DNA of 64,000 nucleotides, taken from contig OX597817.1 of assembly GCA_951406725.2 (NCBI GenBank), positions 1,798,001 to 1,862,000 on the forward strand, read 5' to 3'. Source of the stretch: Octopus vulgaris. Taxonomy: Eukaryota. Every line of letters begins with the position of its first letter. Position 1 is the stretch's first letter. The translations under genes and the position numbers were made by a program. Below are positions 13,937 through 26,754 of the stretch, one piece after another. The notes beneath the pieces are model-generated. The model had not been told where the DNA came from. It searched no databases and worked only from the letters and a program-made list of their open reading frames with translations.

Positions 13937-15279
13937 CTCTGCCAATGGGAAAGGGCAATTTCCTGCGCAGTAATGCGCATTTAACCATTGAGGACTTATT
14001 ATCCAATCTCTCCATCCAATATCATCCAGATTAACGTGCAATTTGTGTTTTTTACACAAATTATCTTCCTTGTGGAAATTCTTTCTGTCTGTGTTTTTCC
14101 AATTCTTCGGAAAGCGAAGTCGGCGTCGTTGGGCTTTTTCTCGTCGAATCCTTTTTCTTTTGCGCCTTTTCTTTTTATGCTGTGAATCCTTTGGGTAAGG
14201 AATGAGACGAGACATCTTCTTCTGCTTCGGTCGTTGGCGTGGCTGTAATACCCCGGGATTAATATTAAGCATATTATATTTCGTAACTGTTCTGTAGTCG
14301 ACGGGTTCTTGGGGTATTTCATTAGTCAAAACCGACCGTTTCGATCGGTTTGTCTGACTGGCGTCCACCGTAATGCTAGAATCATCCGAAAACGCTAACG
14401 AAGCTGCTTCTACCTCTTCTGTTTCACTGTCGGTTGTATTTTCTAACTCGGGTTCCATCGTTGTATTATCCATAATTTCGTACGACGGTGAAGCTGTGAC
14501 TATTTCCTGGTTTGGTATAAAATCTTGTTCATATTTCCGGCGTTGAAACTCTTTCTTGTCTTTAATCTTTTTCACCGGTACACTTGTTTTATGTCGCTTT
14601 TCTGTAGTTTCGTTTAGTTTCTCTATAGCAACCGAGTGAAAGGGATCGATTTCGTCAAGTACTATTCTCATTTTAGGACCAATTCCGTGTGCGATATGAT
14701 GTACAAGTCGAGTGCTGTTTTTGTTTCTATCCAAGGGCGGTAAAAAGTCATCCGAACCAGACGTAGACGGAACTAACTTGGTTGCCAATGAAGTACGGTT
14801 TGCAGGCCTTCTATCTCGGTTCTGACCCGGTAAGAATAATTTAAGGCGCTCGGCCAATTTGTCAAGCTGGTCAAGTTTGACCACTTCAGTTTCGTTAGAA
14901 TAAACAATAAGAAAGGGCCTAGAGTGATGAATAGAAAATTTCTTGAGTGCAACTGTACGTGTTTTACCCCCTGACTTTTTCGTTTGAAAGTTTATTGCAA
15001 ATAGATGAGGATATTTGCGGGAGGTTGCGAGGCAACTAAGAACGGAATTGGTAACATCTCGCCATTGCCATCCATGGCTGGCACGATGCAGAGTCACACG
15101 TCCTGTCTTGCTAATATAGTTCGGACCAATTTCATGTAATAGAATTTGTAATTTTGATCCGTTGGGCATCCAAGGGCGAGATTTTCTCTTGTATAAATGA
15201 ACTTCGGCTCGGAGAACCTTTTCTGATTTTTTGATTGCTGATAGGTTGAAGAAGAACATGGCATCTCCATTGACTTCAC
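13937..15279 (-). CDS. BMP3: Large internal coding exon of a BMP3/GDF10-like TGF-beta family ligand (prodomain, furin site, first half of the cystine-knot domain)
   Basis: Within ORF 13817..15364. Prodomain motifs FFFNLSAI..EKVLRAEVHLY, GWQWRDVT and PFLIVYSNE. RSKR furin site followed by SVLTNEIP (cf. NELP after the basic site in vertebrate BMP3/GDF10). Mature domain CKKHKLHVNLDDIGWRDWIISPQWLNAHYCAGNCPFPLAE. Acceptor ttttctatttctag|GT at 15279 (phase 1) and donor GAG|gtgagt at 13937 (phase 0); these boundaries match, from recalled gene structure, exon 2 of vertebrate BMP3. TGF-beta family membership is near certain; the subfamily call is by recalled motif similarity. Confidence 0.85.
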
Positions 15280-16474
15280 CTAGAAATAGAAAAGAATTAT
15301 GTATATAATAAAATATAGACAGGTAAACAGGTGATTTTAGCGTCACTTTTATTGGCATTTTCAATTAAAAAATTGCTGTTCGATAATGAGTGATGCTATT
15401 TGAACGAGTTATGTGTATAAATGAGTATGATTGAGATGTGCCACTCATGGCACCCATGTAAAAGACAGTAAAAACAATTATAACAAATGTCTTTGTTATG
15501 GTCATATTACAAAACAATAGGTTAAATAACAATTGTCGATCCTTTGGTAAATATACCAGAGCCCTGACTATTCGGATGGCTATGATGGTCTATGTTACTA
15601 AAGTAAAGAGATATGAGACATTTACTAATGACTTTTACCAATACAGATTTAACAAATTAAACTAATCAAAACTAAGTGTGATATCGTTTCACTAATAACA
15701 TATTACAACCACTGTGGAAATGCATATAAGATAAGGAAATGTGATTAGACTACGTTTTGGATATCATTAATCTCACAGATTCTGGTTCAAATAGTGTTAT
15801 TCTAGTTTGATGGATTTCCTTTGTACAGATGATTGACTAATAAAAACGGGAAATTGGCAGTCAAATTATGATGATGATGATGATGATAATAACAATAACA
15901 AAAACAGCACACACAGAGACTCACACACACGTGCACACATATATATATTCTTCACTGTATTAATTTTCTCTTTGTGAAGCATTTCCTTATAAGAGACATC
16001 AGCTAGGAACTCCACAATCACAATATCTCACAATCAATTTGATGTCGCGGACAGACGTCTCTACACTCGCACACATATTATACATAATTACTTACATGCA
16101 TATATTTACACACAGAGACACACACACACACAAACACACATTTCGTTACATTAAAAATTTATAAAAATTTTATATCAATTAACTTATTTTCGTTTAAATT
16201 ATATACACTAGATAAATGTTTTCTACTCTTTCTATATATATCTAAGTGTCAAGGTAAGTTAAAAGCTGTTCAAATGACAACTACTGACGCAGAAACGTGT
16301 TTACACCTGTCCTCATTTGTTATACAATTAGATTGTCTTTTCATTAATGGCAAGCCAATTTCGGAGAATCCTAAGAGTTCCTGAGATTGTCGCCTAGACG
16401 AATTTTTATTGGTTGCAGTTACCACACGGAATTTGTTTAATTTATGTAAACACACACACACGCACGCACACACA

Positions 16475-16546
<72 letters not shown>

Positions 16547-17488
16547 AATCTTGTTTTCTTAAACTTCTCTGTCGAACTTTGTTGAATAGTCAGTTATATT
16601 CAGTATCCTTATATTTCTGTTTAGTTCAAAATATTTTCCTGAAACTTTAAGATTTCCTTGAGTTTCAAAGCAATTCGAAAGACATACATGGATACAGCTC
16701 TGAAGATTATTCTAAAGATCTCTTTTCTACGAGCAATGCTTTTATTTATTTACTGGTAGGAGCTTAAAATGTTATCAACCTTTAATTTTTTTTCTTAGTA
16801 TGTTAAACCATCTTTGTGGCTCATAACGTACAAAAATACCTGTCAACTTCTGTGTTTATTCCTAGACGTCAGAAAATTTTCTTGGATGGCTAAAGCATCT
16901 TTGTAGGTCTAAATCCTTCCCTGTGGTCTAATATTAATCTGTAGATTAATGTTTTTCTGTCCCAGAGGAAAACTTGATGTATTTGATGAAGGGCAAAAGT
17001 AAAATGAGAAAAGCAATATTTTAATGTAAGATGAGAGGGAACGAGCGAGCGAGCAAGAGAGAGAGAGAGAGAGAGGAAGGAAGAAGGAACAAGAAAGGGA
17101 AGGGGGCTTAAACGTTAGGGAATATCACTGGGAAAATGTTTATGTAGAAGTAGAGAATATGTTAAAGTAAAGAATAAGATTAAACAGATTAGTTATCACT
17201 TTGGTCTTGAGTCGCTACCAATATATATATATATAATGTGTGTGTGTGTGTGTGTGTGTGCGAAACTTGAATTATTTATACATATATATCTATATATCTG
17301 CGTGTGTGTAATATTATCTAGAAAAATCTATCTTCATATATACATGGATTTATGTGTATGCATACATATATATAGGCACGTCTGGATGCGTGTATATAAT
17401 CATTCAAATATAGCTTGGTGTGTGTAAACATACATATATAAATGCACACACATACATACATACATACATACATACATACATACATACA

Positions 17489-17520
<32 letters not shown>

Positions 17521-18513
17521 CGCACTCACACACATTCTGTTCTTTCCACATGAGAATATTTCACAAATTAACTTTTCGACATGACAATGTTATCACTTTC
17601 CTTCCTCCAGCCCAATTGTCAATTCTACTTGTCAATTTTCTTTTTATCCTTCTCTCTTCCCACTTCTTTTTTCATAACCCCCGTCTCTTCCTACTCTCTC
17701 TCAGTTACTCTCCTCTCTGCCTCTCACCCTTCAGTGTAAAAGAGCTGGGTGTGTCCCTTGGCCGCAGGTCTATTGAACAAATAGTCTCGACTCTCTGCTA
17801 ACAGATTGTGTCCGTAGATAAAAGTGAATAAGCATCTGAAAAATGCCACCATCAAACAATATATTTTCCTTGTTACTTGTGCTTTGTTGTTCGACTAAAA
17901 GCCTTCAGTGCAGCTACATATACTATATTTTCCTTTTTCTTCTCTTAAATTAACATCACATGGCAGAAGTGAGTATTAAAACGACATACCAATCCAGGCT
18001 ACGCGCCGCAGGTACTTTGTTGTGAGTCTGAAGAAAATATTTTGCTTATTTAATTTATCATTCAACGTTCCACAGCTTATTTAAACTAAATTCAACAGTA
18101 AAAGTAAGCAACGAACCACATATCTTTCACTCACCAGGTTATCGTGTGTTACTGATTACACACCAAATCGCCCGTTATTTCATCATCTCAAATTAGATAT
18201 TATAAATTGATTCTGTTGTTTTAACTTTACTATTTTATCTTCACAAGTTAATTCCCTCTGCCATTCAGAGCTATCGCCAACATAGTCATGGGTTCAACCT
18301 TGGTTGAATATCTCAATATGCTGTGGTGAGAAATAACCTCATCAACTAATTTATGAATTACGTGTTCATATAATGAATTGGGCTAAGAATTTAATCCAAA
18401 TAATGTTAGACATCAGAAGAACTAATTTTAAACCAAATCGCAACAGATATATGAAACATGGTCCTTGTTCCATCAGTGGACATGTTGCCCCTCTTTTTTG
18501 TTATTCATTTATA

Positions 18514-18546
<33 letters not shown>

Positions 18547-19962
18547 GGTATCTCAGACTGGTTCTCATAGTTTCTAAGTGGGACTGACATCAGAATCTTC
18601 TGGTACTTTCATTTACGTTAAAATTTGCGTCCTAACCAGGAGGAGGGTTAAAACTTTTCTCCCATCTACCGATGAAGAAGTTCCTGAAGTTGTGCTAACT
18701 TGCAAGAGGACACCAAAGAGCCCCTTTCATGTAGCAACGGTTTTAACTGGCACAAAATCCTATTAAGTGGCTAAAGTGTTATTAAGAACCAACAGAAAAA
18801 AGATATAATTTTCTTGTCATTTCCTATCCGCAACTTCTACCACTTGTTGTTGTTGCTAAAGGAAACTTAATGATTTACAGACGCACACGCATACATAGAG
18901 CATGCACACACAAACATAAACACATATCTACTCACTACTCTTTACACTCTCCTAAACGTCTCCAAAGTTGCTGGCTGACTCAAAGAGCCGATGATTGCGA
19001 AAGATTTTTTGGTTTGAAGTGTGCGAAAGGTAATCCCCGTTTGGATGTACAGCAATCTGTCACACCTCTCTCATACTTCTGAATCGAACCGAAGTGAGTA
19101 GAATAAAGTGTCCAATCTTTTTATTAATGACACTATCGCACAATACAGAAAAAAAACATAGACGCGCACGCACGCGCACACGTACATACTCGCACGGGTA
19201 CGAGAATGCAGTAAAATGTTGTTTTGAGTTGGCATAAATGTAACACCTGCAGGATACTGAATCGCCACAATCTTATATTACTGGTACCTACTGGTGTTTA
19301 TTTTGTCAGCAATAATGAATGGGGATAGGTATAAAAAATCACTACTCGAACAATGTTAAACTAAAGACTGTAAGTTCTTCAGCTTGGTGCTCACTGTCTT
19401 AATTAATTCTTATAATTACCAGAGGCGAAGACACGTGACTAAATGTATTCGGCTCGCGATCGTAAGATGGTAAGTTCGGTTCCTGGCGGCTCGATGTGTC
19501 CTTAAGACATTTTACATCACATTGCTGCGTATCTGTGGAGTGCAGGCCACCCCGTAGATCGAGACAACTGGAACACAAGTCGTATGCTCAGCCATTACTA
19601 CCAGTGGCCTAACGTCATACATTTCATGGGAGTATACACTGGAAACTAGAAGATGTCTAGGACTCATCTTACCAACCCCGAGAAAGTAAAATGCAACTAT
19701 AACTTCGAATGGATTCGAAATCAGATTTTAATATAATTCCGGAAGCCCTTTTATCTGGAGTTTTACCGATTTTATGATCTCGATATCTATATTACTGTAA
19801 ATTTTAAAAACTACGATGGCTGACGCTCGAAATTGTTGATAATTTGGCATCGGCATGTTTGTTCAATAACTTAGCAAATGGTGAGAGGTGCCCAAGTATT
19901 CGCAAGTAAATAAAGACACCCACTCAGTCTTCTTACCAGTGGATGATGCAGAACGTGATCAT

Positions 19963-20027
<65 letters not shown>

Positions 20028-20356
20028 GCGCCAGCACAAAGTTGATACTGTATTTATCCACCCAGAAAAGATGGATGAAAGACTAAGTCGACCTCATTGG
20101 GATTTCAAATCACAGAGCAGAAAGCGGAAACAGATATCACCACGCCTCCTATCCGTTCAAAGGGGTTAGAATCAACGAAGGTAAAAGTAATTATAACATT
20201 AAGTGGAGATCATGTAGTGGACTTCAAACTGTATTTATTCTACGGTGGAATTCCTCATGGGATTATTCTTTTCATTCTATCTTCTTAATGAAGTTACAAC
20301 ATTGCAAAGATTGAATGAGCCACACATTCAGTGAAGCCTCGAAGTCACTGTCAGTA

Positions 20357-21009
20357 CGAGGGGAAGTTAAAAATTATCCGCACCTTCGCAATAGCATATC
20401 TTTATTATTGTCACACGGCCTTCTGCGCATGCGTGCTTATAATTGGTACTATTGTACTCACATGATCGAAGTCTGAGCCTGATCGTACAATTTTTCTTTC
20501 TGGCTTTACAGTGTAAGCACGGCCCCTCCACTAGCAATGTGCATCAAAGAAGAACAAAGAGCAGTGATCCGAGAGATGGTAATGGTGAACCGGTTCACCG
20601 TTACCATCGAGCTTACTGAATCTTGTCGTCAGTGGTGGAGGTTGACGGGCGTCCTGCACACTCTTTATTCATCATGCTTATCCGGCCACTTTTAGACTTT
20701 TTGATCCACTCAAACACACTTCTACTACACGGTAGTGAACTGTCCCCATATTGTGCTAAAAGCCTCCAATGAATTTCAGCACATGGCACACCTTCCGACC
20801 AATTGAAATTGGATCACTTGCTCTTTGTTCTTCTCTGGTGCACGTTGTCAGTGGAGAGGCCAGAAAAAAGAAATATGGCGCGATCAGACTCAAACTTCGA
20901 CCGCGTGACCACAATAGTACCAACTATTAGCACGCATGCGCAGAAGGTAGTGTGACAATAATAAAGATATGTTATGGTGAAAGTGCAGATAATTTTTGAC
21001 TTGCCCTCG
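20357..21009. mobile_element. Fold-back mariner derivative built from two left ends
   Basis: TA-flanked TIRs cgaggg(g/c)aagt(t/c)aaaaattatc. Both ~215-bp arms continue into a transposase N-terminus (EEQRAVI). The minus arm encodes, with frameshifts, SEGV..AEIH.RL.AQYG..VFEWIKK.KSGR..GRPSTS (mariner HTH region). Confidence 0.85.
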
Positions 21010-21249
21010 TAAATATTAAACTCTACCCTTAAATTTAGATCTATATTCGGATCTGTGTTCATTCCTTTTTATCTGTATCAAACTCATGCTCTCTCTCCCT
21101 CCCCCTCTCTCTCTCTCTTTTTCTCTCTCTCTCTCTATATATATATATAAAGTTAATCCAAACAAGAAAGCACAAAAAAACACAACAACGCGAGGACGTG
21201 GAACAAATATAGTATTATTGGACGCTCAAGAAGGAAGGAAAGAAGGAGG

Positions 21250-21284
21250 GTTTAACGTTTCGAGCGGAGCTCTTCGTCGGAAAC
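21250..21284 (-). ncRNA. Minimal type I hammerhead variant (PLE-type)
   Basis: GTTT-CCGACGA-A-GAGC-tcc-GCTC-GAAACGTT-AAAC; palindromic AACGTT in place of stem III; U4C core. Confidence 0.55.
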
Positions 21285-21390
21285 ATAGGAGAAGGAAAGA
21301 TCCAGAGAAGGGAAGACAGAGGAAAAAAATCGCCAACGGTACACACGAGGTCATATGTATACTTTATTAAAAAGCAATAAAAATATCACA

Positions 21391-21436
21391 AAAACTGTTA
21401 CTAAGAGTTTCACGTTCCCGTTCGTCGGACGGTTTT
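21391..21436 (-). ncRNA. Type I hammerhead ribozyme variant
   Basis: AAAACCGT-CCGACGA-ACG-GGAA-CGT-GAAA-CT-CTT-AG-TA-ACAGTTTT: 8-bp stem I (1 mismatch), GNRA-capped stem II, stem III, GUA site; U4C core. Confidence 0.7.
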
Positions 21437-21453
21437 ATATATATGTGCGTGTG

Positions 21454-21487
<34 letters not shown>

Positions 21488-22259
21488 TGTATGTATGTAT
21501 GTATGTATGTATGTATGTATACTCTTATGTGTTTATATGCTATATATACACTTATATGTGTGTTTATATATCTATATCTAACTATCTATCTATCTATCCA
21601 TATATATATATCTATGATTATATGTGTGTGTACACACACACACCTATAGGCATACAGATATATACATGTATATATTACTTATATAGATATATACATACAT
21701 TATATATACATACATCATATATACATACATTACATGTATGTGTACACCATACACACACACACACACTGGTGTGTTTATGTGTGTGTGTGTACGTGCGTGT
21801 CAGTGGTGTGAGTGCGTGTACGTATGTTTATGTTTCAGCGTATGAATGTGTCTGAGAGCTTCTGTGTGCATCAGCAATTACATCGTCTCGCAGTATTTGT
21901 GACGCCATGAGAGAGTCAACGCGGGGTGGGGGGGGGGGAGAACAAACAAACAAAAACAATGTAGAAGAAAAAGACAGAATGGAAGAAGAGGAAGAAGGAG
22001 ATTAAATGTACGGTGGTCATGAGAATGGTGATGGGGAGGTGGGGTGAGAGATAATGATGATAACGATGATGATGATGATGATGATGATGATTGTCTTGTC
22101 AACAGTTTCAAGATAAATGTATGTGAATGGTGGGGGGGGGGTGTATGCATTTGGAATAACACACCATGTTAGCCTTTGGACCCATGTATTTTTTTTCTTG
22201 TCACTCGAAAATAGTGAGGAATGTTAGCAGATTGTATACAGTAATGTGTACTGGAATAT

Positions 22260-22699
22260 ACACCATGTATATACACATATATATATACTTACATATATAC
22301 ATATACACGCGTACACACATTAATATACACATATATATACATATGTATACACACATATATATAAATATGTAAATATATACATACATATATACATATATAT
22401 GTATGCATATGTCTATATATATATATGCACAAACACACACATATATATATACACACACATATATATACATACATATATATACATATATATGTACACATAT
22501 ATATACATATATATATACATATATATACATATATATGTACATATATATATACATATATATACATACATATATATACATATATATATACATATATATACAT
22601 ATATATATATACATATATATATACATATATATATATATATACATACATATATATATACATATATACATATACATATGTATGTACATATATATATATATA

Positions 22700-22761
<62 letters not shown>

Positions 22762-22810
22762 CATTCACACACACAAATATATATATATATACATACACAC
22801 ACACACATAT
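22260..22810. repeat. Compound (TA)/(CA)/(TACA) microsatellite
   Basis: Directly visible. Confidence 0.95.
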
Positions 22811-23229
22811 AAACATCCGTATGTACAGTGCAAGAAAGAGGGAACTGCGTGCGTTACCGGTAAAGAATACCCGAAGAAAGTGTGCAGTAGGAAGTACATA
22901 AAGATGAAACTAAACATGGAGTCGTAAAATTTAAAAAATAAAACAGACCAAGAGTTAAAGATATAACAGTGGGGGGGAGGAAGAGGCGAAAACAAGTGAA
23001 GAAGGAATATTTTTGGTAAAGCATTTACACAGAAAGGTGAGAAAAAGGTGGGGAAAAAAGAAGAAGCAATAAGAAGTAACATTATAGAACATGGCAGTTA
23101 AATAAAGACGATGAACGCAGTCGACAACTAAGCATTCTCCATGGTTTCGAACACATTCTGACGGGACTACACTGTTTAGCAATTAGTCGGTAGGCATTCC
23201 TCGAATCTGTCAGGTATAAATATTGGGTT

Positions 23230-23371
23230 CAAATTTTGCCACAAGGCCAGCAAGTTCAGGGGAGGGTTAAGTCGATCACAACGGAATTTGAACTTAGAAC
23301 CTGAGGACGAATGAAATGCCTCTTAGCATTTTTTACCCGGCTTGCTATCGATTCTACCAGCTCGCCGCCTT
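23230..23371 (-). mobile_element. SINE family B copy (internally deleted)
   Basis: Ends attctaccagctcgccgcct, the reverse complement of the family head. Confidence 0.75.
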
Positions 23372-23586
23372 ACTCAGGCGTAAATATTACAGAACAAGAT
23401 TAAACTAACAAGTGGGAGTTGTGTCTGGATAATCTACTTCGGTCTTCGGGAACGAAATCTGTTGAGATGGCATGTTTCAACATACGGAATATGATTAGAG
23501 ACTTACAACCAAGAAAGAACCTTGTCAGGAGGTTCCTAATTCTCAGATTCGCCAGCACAACTTCCGCGTTGGCAAGTTGAAGAGAA

Positions 23587-23798
23587 AGGCCTCGAGTTGG
23601 CAGAATCGTTAGCAAGCCGGACAAAATGCTTTGTGACATTTCGTCCGTCTTTGCTTTCTGAGTTCAAATTTCGGCGGTTTCGACTTTGCCTTTCATCCTT
23701 TCAGAGTCGACGAAATAAGAACCAGTTGAACACTGGGATCGCTGTAATCGACTGGTCCCCACCCACGAAATTTCTGGTCTTGTGCCAAAGTTTGAAAG
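23587..23798 (+). mobile_element. SINE family B copy
   Basis: Colinear with other family B copies. Confidence 0.8.
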
Positions 23799-24614
23799 CA
23801 ATATACAACAAGGGAGATCTCTCTCGTTTTAATTGAAATTACATATAACTGCAATTATGAATTAAGTACCAAAATAAGATAACTTATCCACAATTCAGTG
23901 GTTTAATGATAGAAAGTGTTAGCACTACGTGCAAGTGAATGCTATCCACAACGTCTATATCAGTGCGTCTATGAGCTTGATTACGTAAACGAACCTCGTA
24001 CTGGTTTACAAATACAACTATAGAAAATAAACACTAGAGAAGAAATATGTGGATAATAAATAACCGATGAATGATTAATAAATAAAACGATTGAAGCGTG
24101 GAGGACACAAGTTAGCAATTCAGAAAGACACAAAAGCCGTTAACTTCAATAATAGGGTGCCGAAGCTTTTGGTTACTGACAATGTTTGTGCTTTTCTGCA
24201 CAAAGTTTTTCAGTGACTCAGTCGTAGTTTCACACGACGGAAATTGTGACACGAGATTACAAACAACAAATGTTTAAGTGAAGCTGATAATCTTTATGTG
24301 TTTCTGAACGGCTAGTTTTCACGCACGGTCTTAGATCAAAACACTTGTCATGCAAGTAAATCTCCGTAATTAACAAAATAGAGTGATAATTAAACACGTG
24401 TTCATCACCATGTGAGTGTGTTCATATCTTAGCATATACTTCTGCATAGTTGCCTTTTCACGTATCTTTCAATTCATGCGTTCGCCTTCTCGGGTTGCAG
24501 TTACCCTAGGTATAAACACTTGCGCTCACAAGGCCATACGCTCTTCAAGCATACGCCAGTCGGTATGCATATCTCTGTTATGTATCTACAAATCTCGATA
24601 TGCATACAAACATT

Positions 24615-25486
24615 AATTGAACCTGGAAAAATGGAAGCTTAAAATATTGCAGCTGTAGTTAGAATTTTATTATAAATCCCATGCTTTGGGGGGGGGTCAT
24701 ATGGGGATAAAAGTAAAATAGGGAAAAAGAAATAAAAGGAAGAGCTGGATTCCCTTGGGCAACATGTTGGTAATGTTAAATTTGAAGGGCCATTTTTCTC
24801 TCCCATAGTACATTTGCATGATTATAATTATGAGTTTAATCACGATCAAAGGTTTATGCTGAAACTGAGGAAGATGAATCAAATTTTGTGCACTTTGGTT
24901 AAAATAAATTTCTTGGTCAAACTTTATAGGGGATACGAGTGTAGGGGCGTTTCTGGGTATGGAAAGCCCAAGTAAGTTGGATTTCCAGTGTTTCATGTGT
25001 ATAAATTACGTATCCTTTATCTCTTGTGGGGATACATTTTCATTTTTATAGATGACAGACATCACTAAAACCCCACAATATTTATTTCTCATTATTTCTA
25101 AGCTGACAGGCGAGTTTAAGTTCATCTTAGTCGCTCTCCCCACACCTAGATTAACTCATATTTCTGTACACCTAAATGTCAGCTTAGCTGTAGTTAGAAA
25201 AACATAAGAAGGTAACTGAAAATATTTTAAATTTTGAAAGACAGGCTACATCTCTAGCATATACTAGTACTTCAGTTCCTTCCCATAACTTAAAATATAT
25301 TATCTTACAGGTAATAAATATAGGACATTCCACAGAGAAAATACGGCGAGTTAGAATCTAAACAGCGTAGGGTTATAACTTTTATATTTGAAAATAAAAT
25401 AAGACCATTTTATAAAATTTTGATTTCAACTTCAGCTGCACTACTTTTAAGCTTCCATTTCTTTCCCGTATTTTCCAGGTTCAATT
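24615..25486. mobile_element. Putative non-autonomous TIR DNA element (~870 bp)
   Basis: aattgaacctggaaaa..atggaagcttaaaa..tgcagctg at left and cagctgca..ttttaagcttccat..ttttccaggttcaatt at right; no coding capacity seen. Confidence 0.55.
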
Positions 25487-26199
25487 CAGAATATTACCAT
25501 ATTCTACCTTGCATTTTCCATGCTATTTCAAGAAGTACAAAAGCTGACAAAAAATATAAGTACAAAAAGTATAAAAGGTAAAATAAAATGTAAGCTGTTG
25601 TAAAAAAGTAAATTTTATAAAATTGGAAAATTTTAATTCTATGAAAATACCAACGAGGTCCTTGAGACGAAGGGAAAATGTTAATAAATCATCAGCAGAT
25701 GAAGTAATTGACGCCAGTCAGGATGCATTACAGCCAGGATAAATCGACGATTTTAAGGCAAAAGTGACTTTCTTCATATTCCTGTTCTCCACAAACAGTT
25801 TGAGTACATCGCGATTTTCCTCGTCGCCATGGTGTTGAACAAGTAAGTTTTAAAATTTTCAAACGATCTTATTTTTTTAAACATGTCGAGTTGTCCACTT
25901 CCTTTTCATCCTTACAACACCTAGTGGTCCCTTTTTCCCCTCATGAAAAATACTACTACAGTGTAGCCTAAGTGTGAACAGAATTATGATTGGAAGTGTG
26001 TGTCTATATAGATGTGTATGTATGCGTGTGTTTTCGCGCGCACACTGCGGCTGTGAAGGCGAATGTAGGGGGTTTCAGGCAATGCATGAAGTTGAGGTGT
26101 CGGTCTGCAGTCTGAGTAGGCATTAGTGGTTATGAACCCTCTTCTTAGTCTGATGCAGCCAATGTTGAGGAGCAACTAATGTTCTGGTGGTATATATGG

Positions 26200-26640
26200 G
26201 TCGTCGGCTCTCAGTGGTTTGAAGTTCACTAGGAGCGAGTACCTCTGATGGCAACAATAAGATAGATTTATTTCCTGTTGATAGATATTGCAGGCTGGTG
26301 GATAATATGCAGTATATAATGGAAGCAGAGCCGGCAGTAGCAGGCGCCGAGTGATTATGGTGGGGCTCTGTCGATGATGATCTATTCGATGCTGGGGATT
26401 CCATTTCGGAGATTGCAGAGTCTCCGGAGGAAACGAGTAAAATTGGTGGAGTTCTCTCTATCCCTGTTTTTAAGTGTGTGCATACGCTGGTTGTACCATC
26501 CCTTGAAATCATTGGCCGTCATGCCTGTGTTTTGCCTTCTGATGCCATCGGATGGTGTGAGGGTGGTTCTGTAGACTACAGCCCTGGAAAAGCATGATCC
26601 TTCTAGAAGGTAGCTTGCAGGACATCGGAGGTTACGAGTT
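26200..26640 (-). pseudogene. Penelope-like element GIY-YIG endonuclease remnant
   Basis: Manual translation RCPASYLLEGSCFSRAVVYRTTLT..QNTGMTANDFKGWYNQRMHTLKN..NSTNFTRFL..PSIE*IIIDRAPP*SLGACYCRLCF..SINRK matches the PLE pattern CPLxGxCLxxxVVY..YxGxTxxxFKxRYxxH..WxIIxxAxPY..CxLC..LNxRxE, with stops. Confidence 0.75.
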
Positions 26641-26694
26641 GGGGTTGGAGGTTGTGCAGGTGCACGTTTGTGTTTGTGTGGTGTGTGTGTGTGT

Positions 26695-26754
<60 letters not shown>

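Noticed and set aside
13988-14322. Overlapping alternative-frame ORFs inside the BMP3 exon
   Set aside because: No recognisable motifs; expected by chance.
15280-15364. N-terminal extension (MKMPIK...) and C-terminal tail (VSCDSRFLF..., 13817-13936) of the 515-aa ORF
   Set aside because: Intronic read-through beyond clear splice sites; no signal peptide and the cystine knot is incomplete.
22201-22927. Many YI/HT/CV/MYVC-repeat ORFs here and at 4-393, 4573-5166, 36850-37362, 41091-41757 and 59138-60184
   Set aside because: Stop-free dinucleotide and tetranucleotide repeats.
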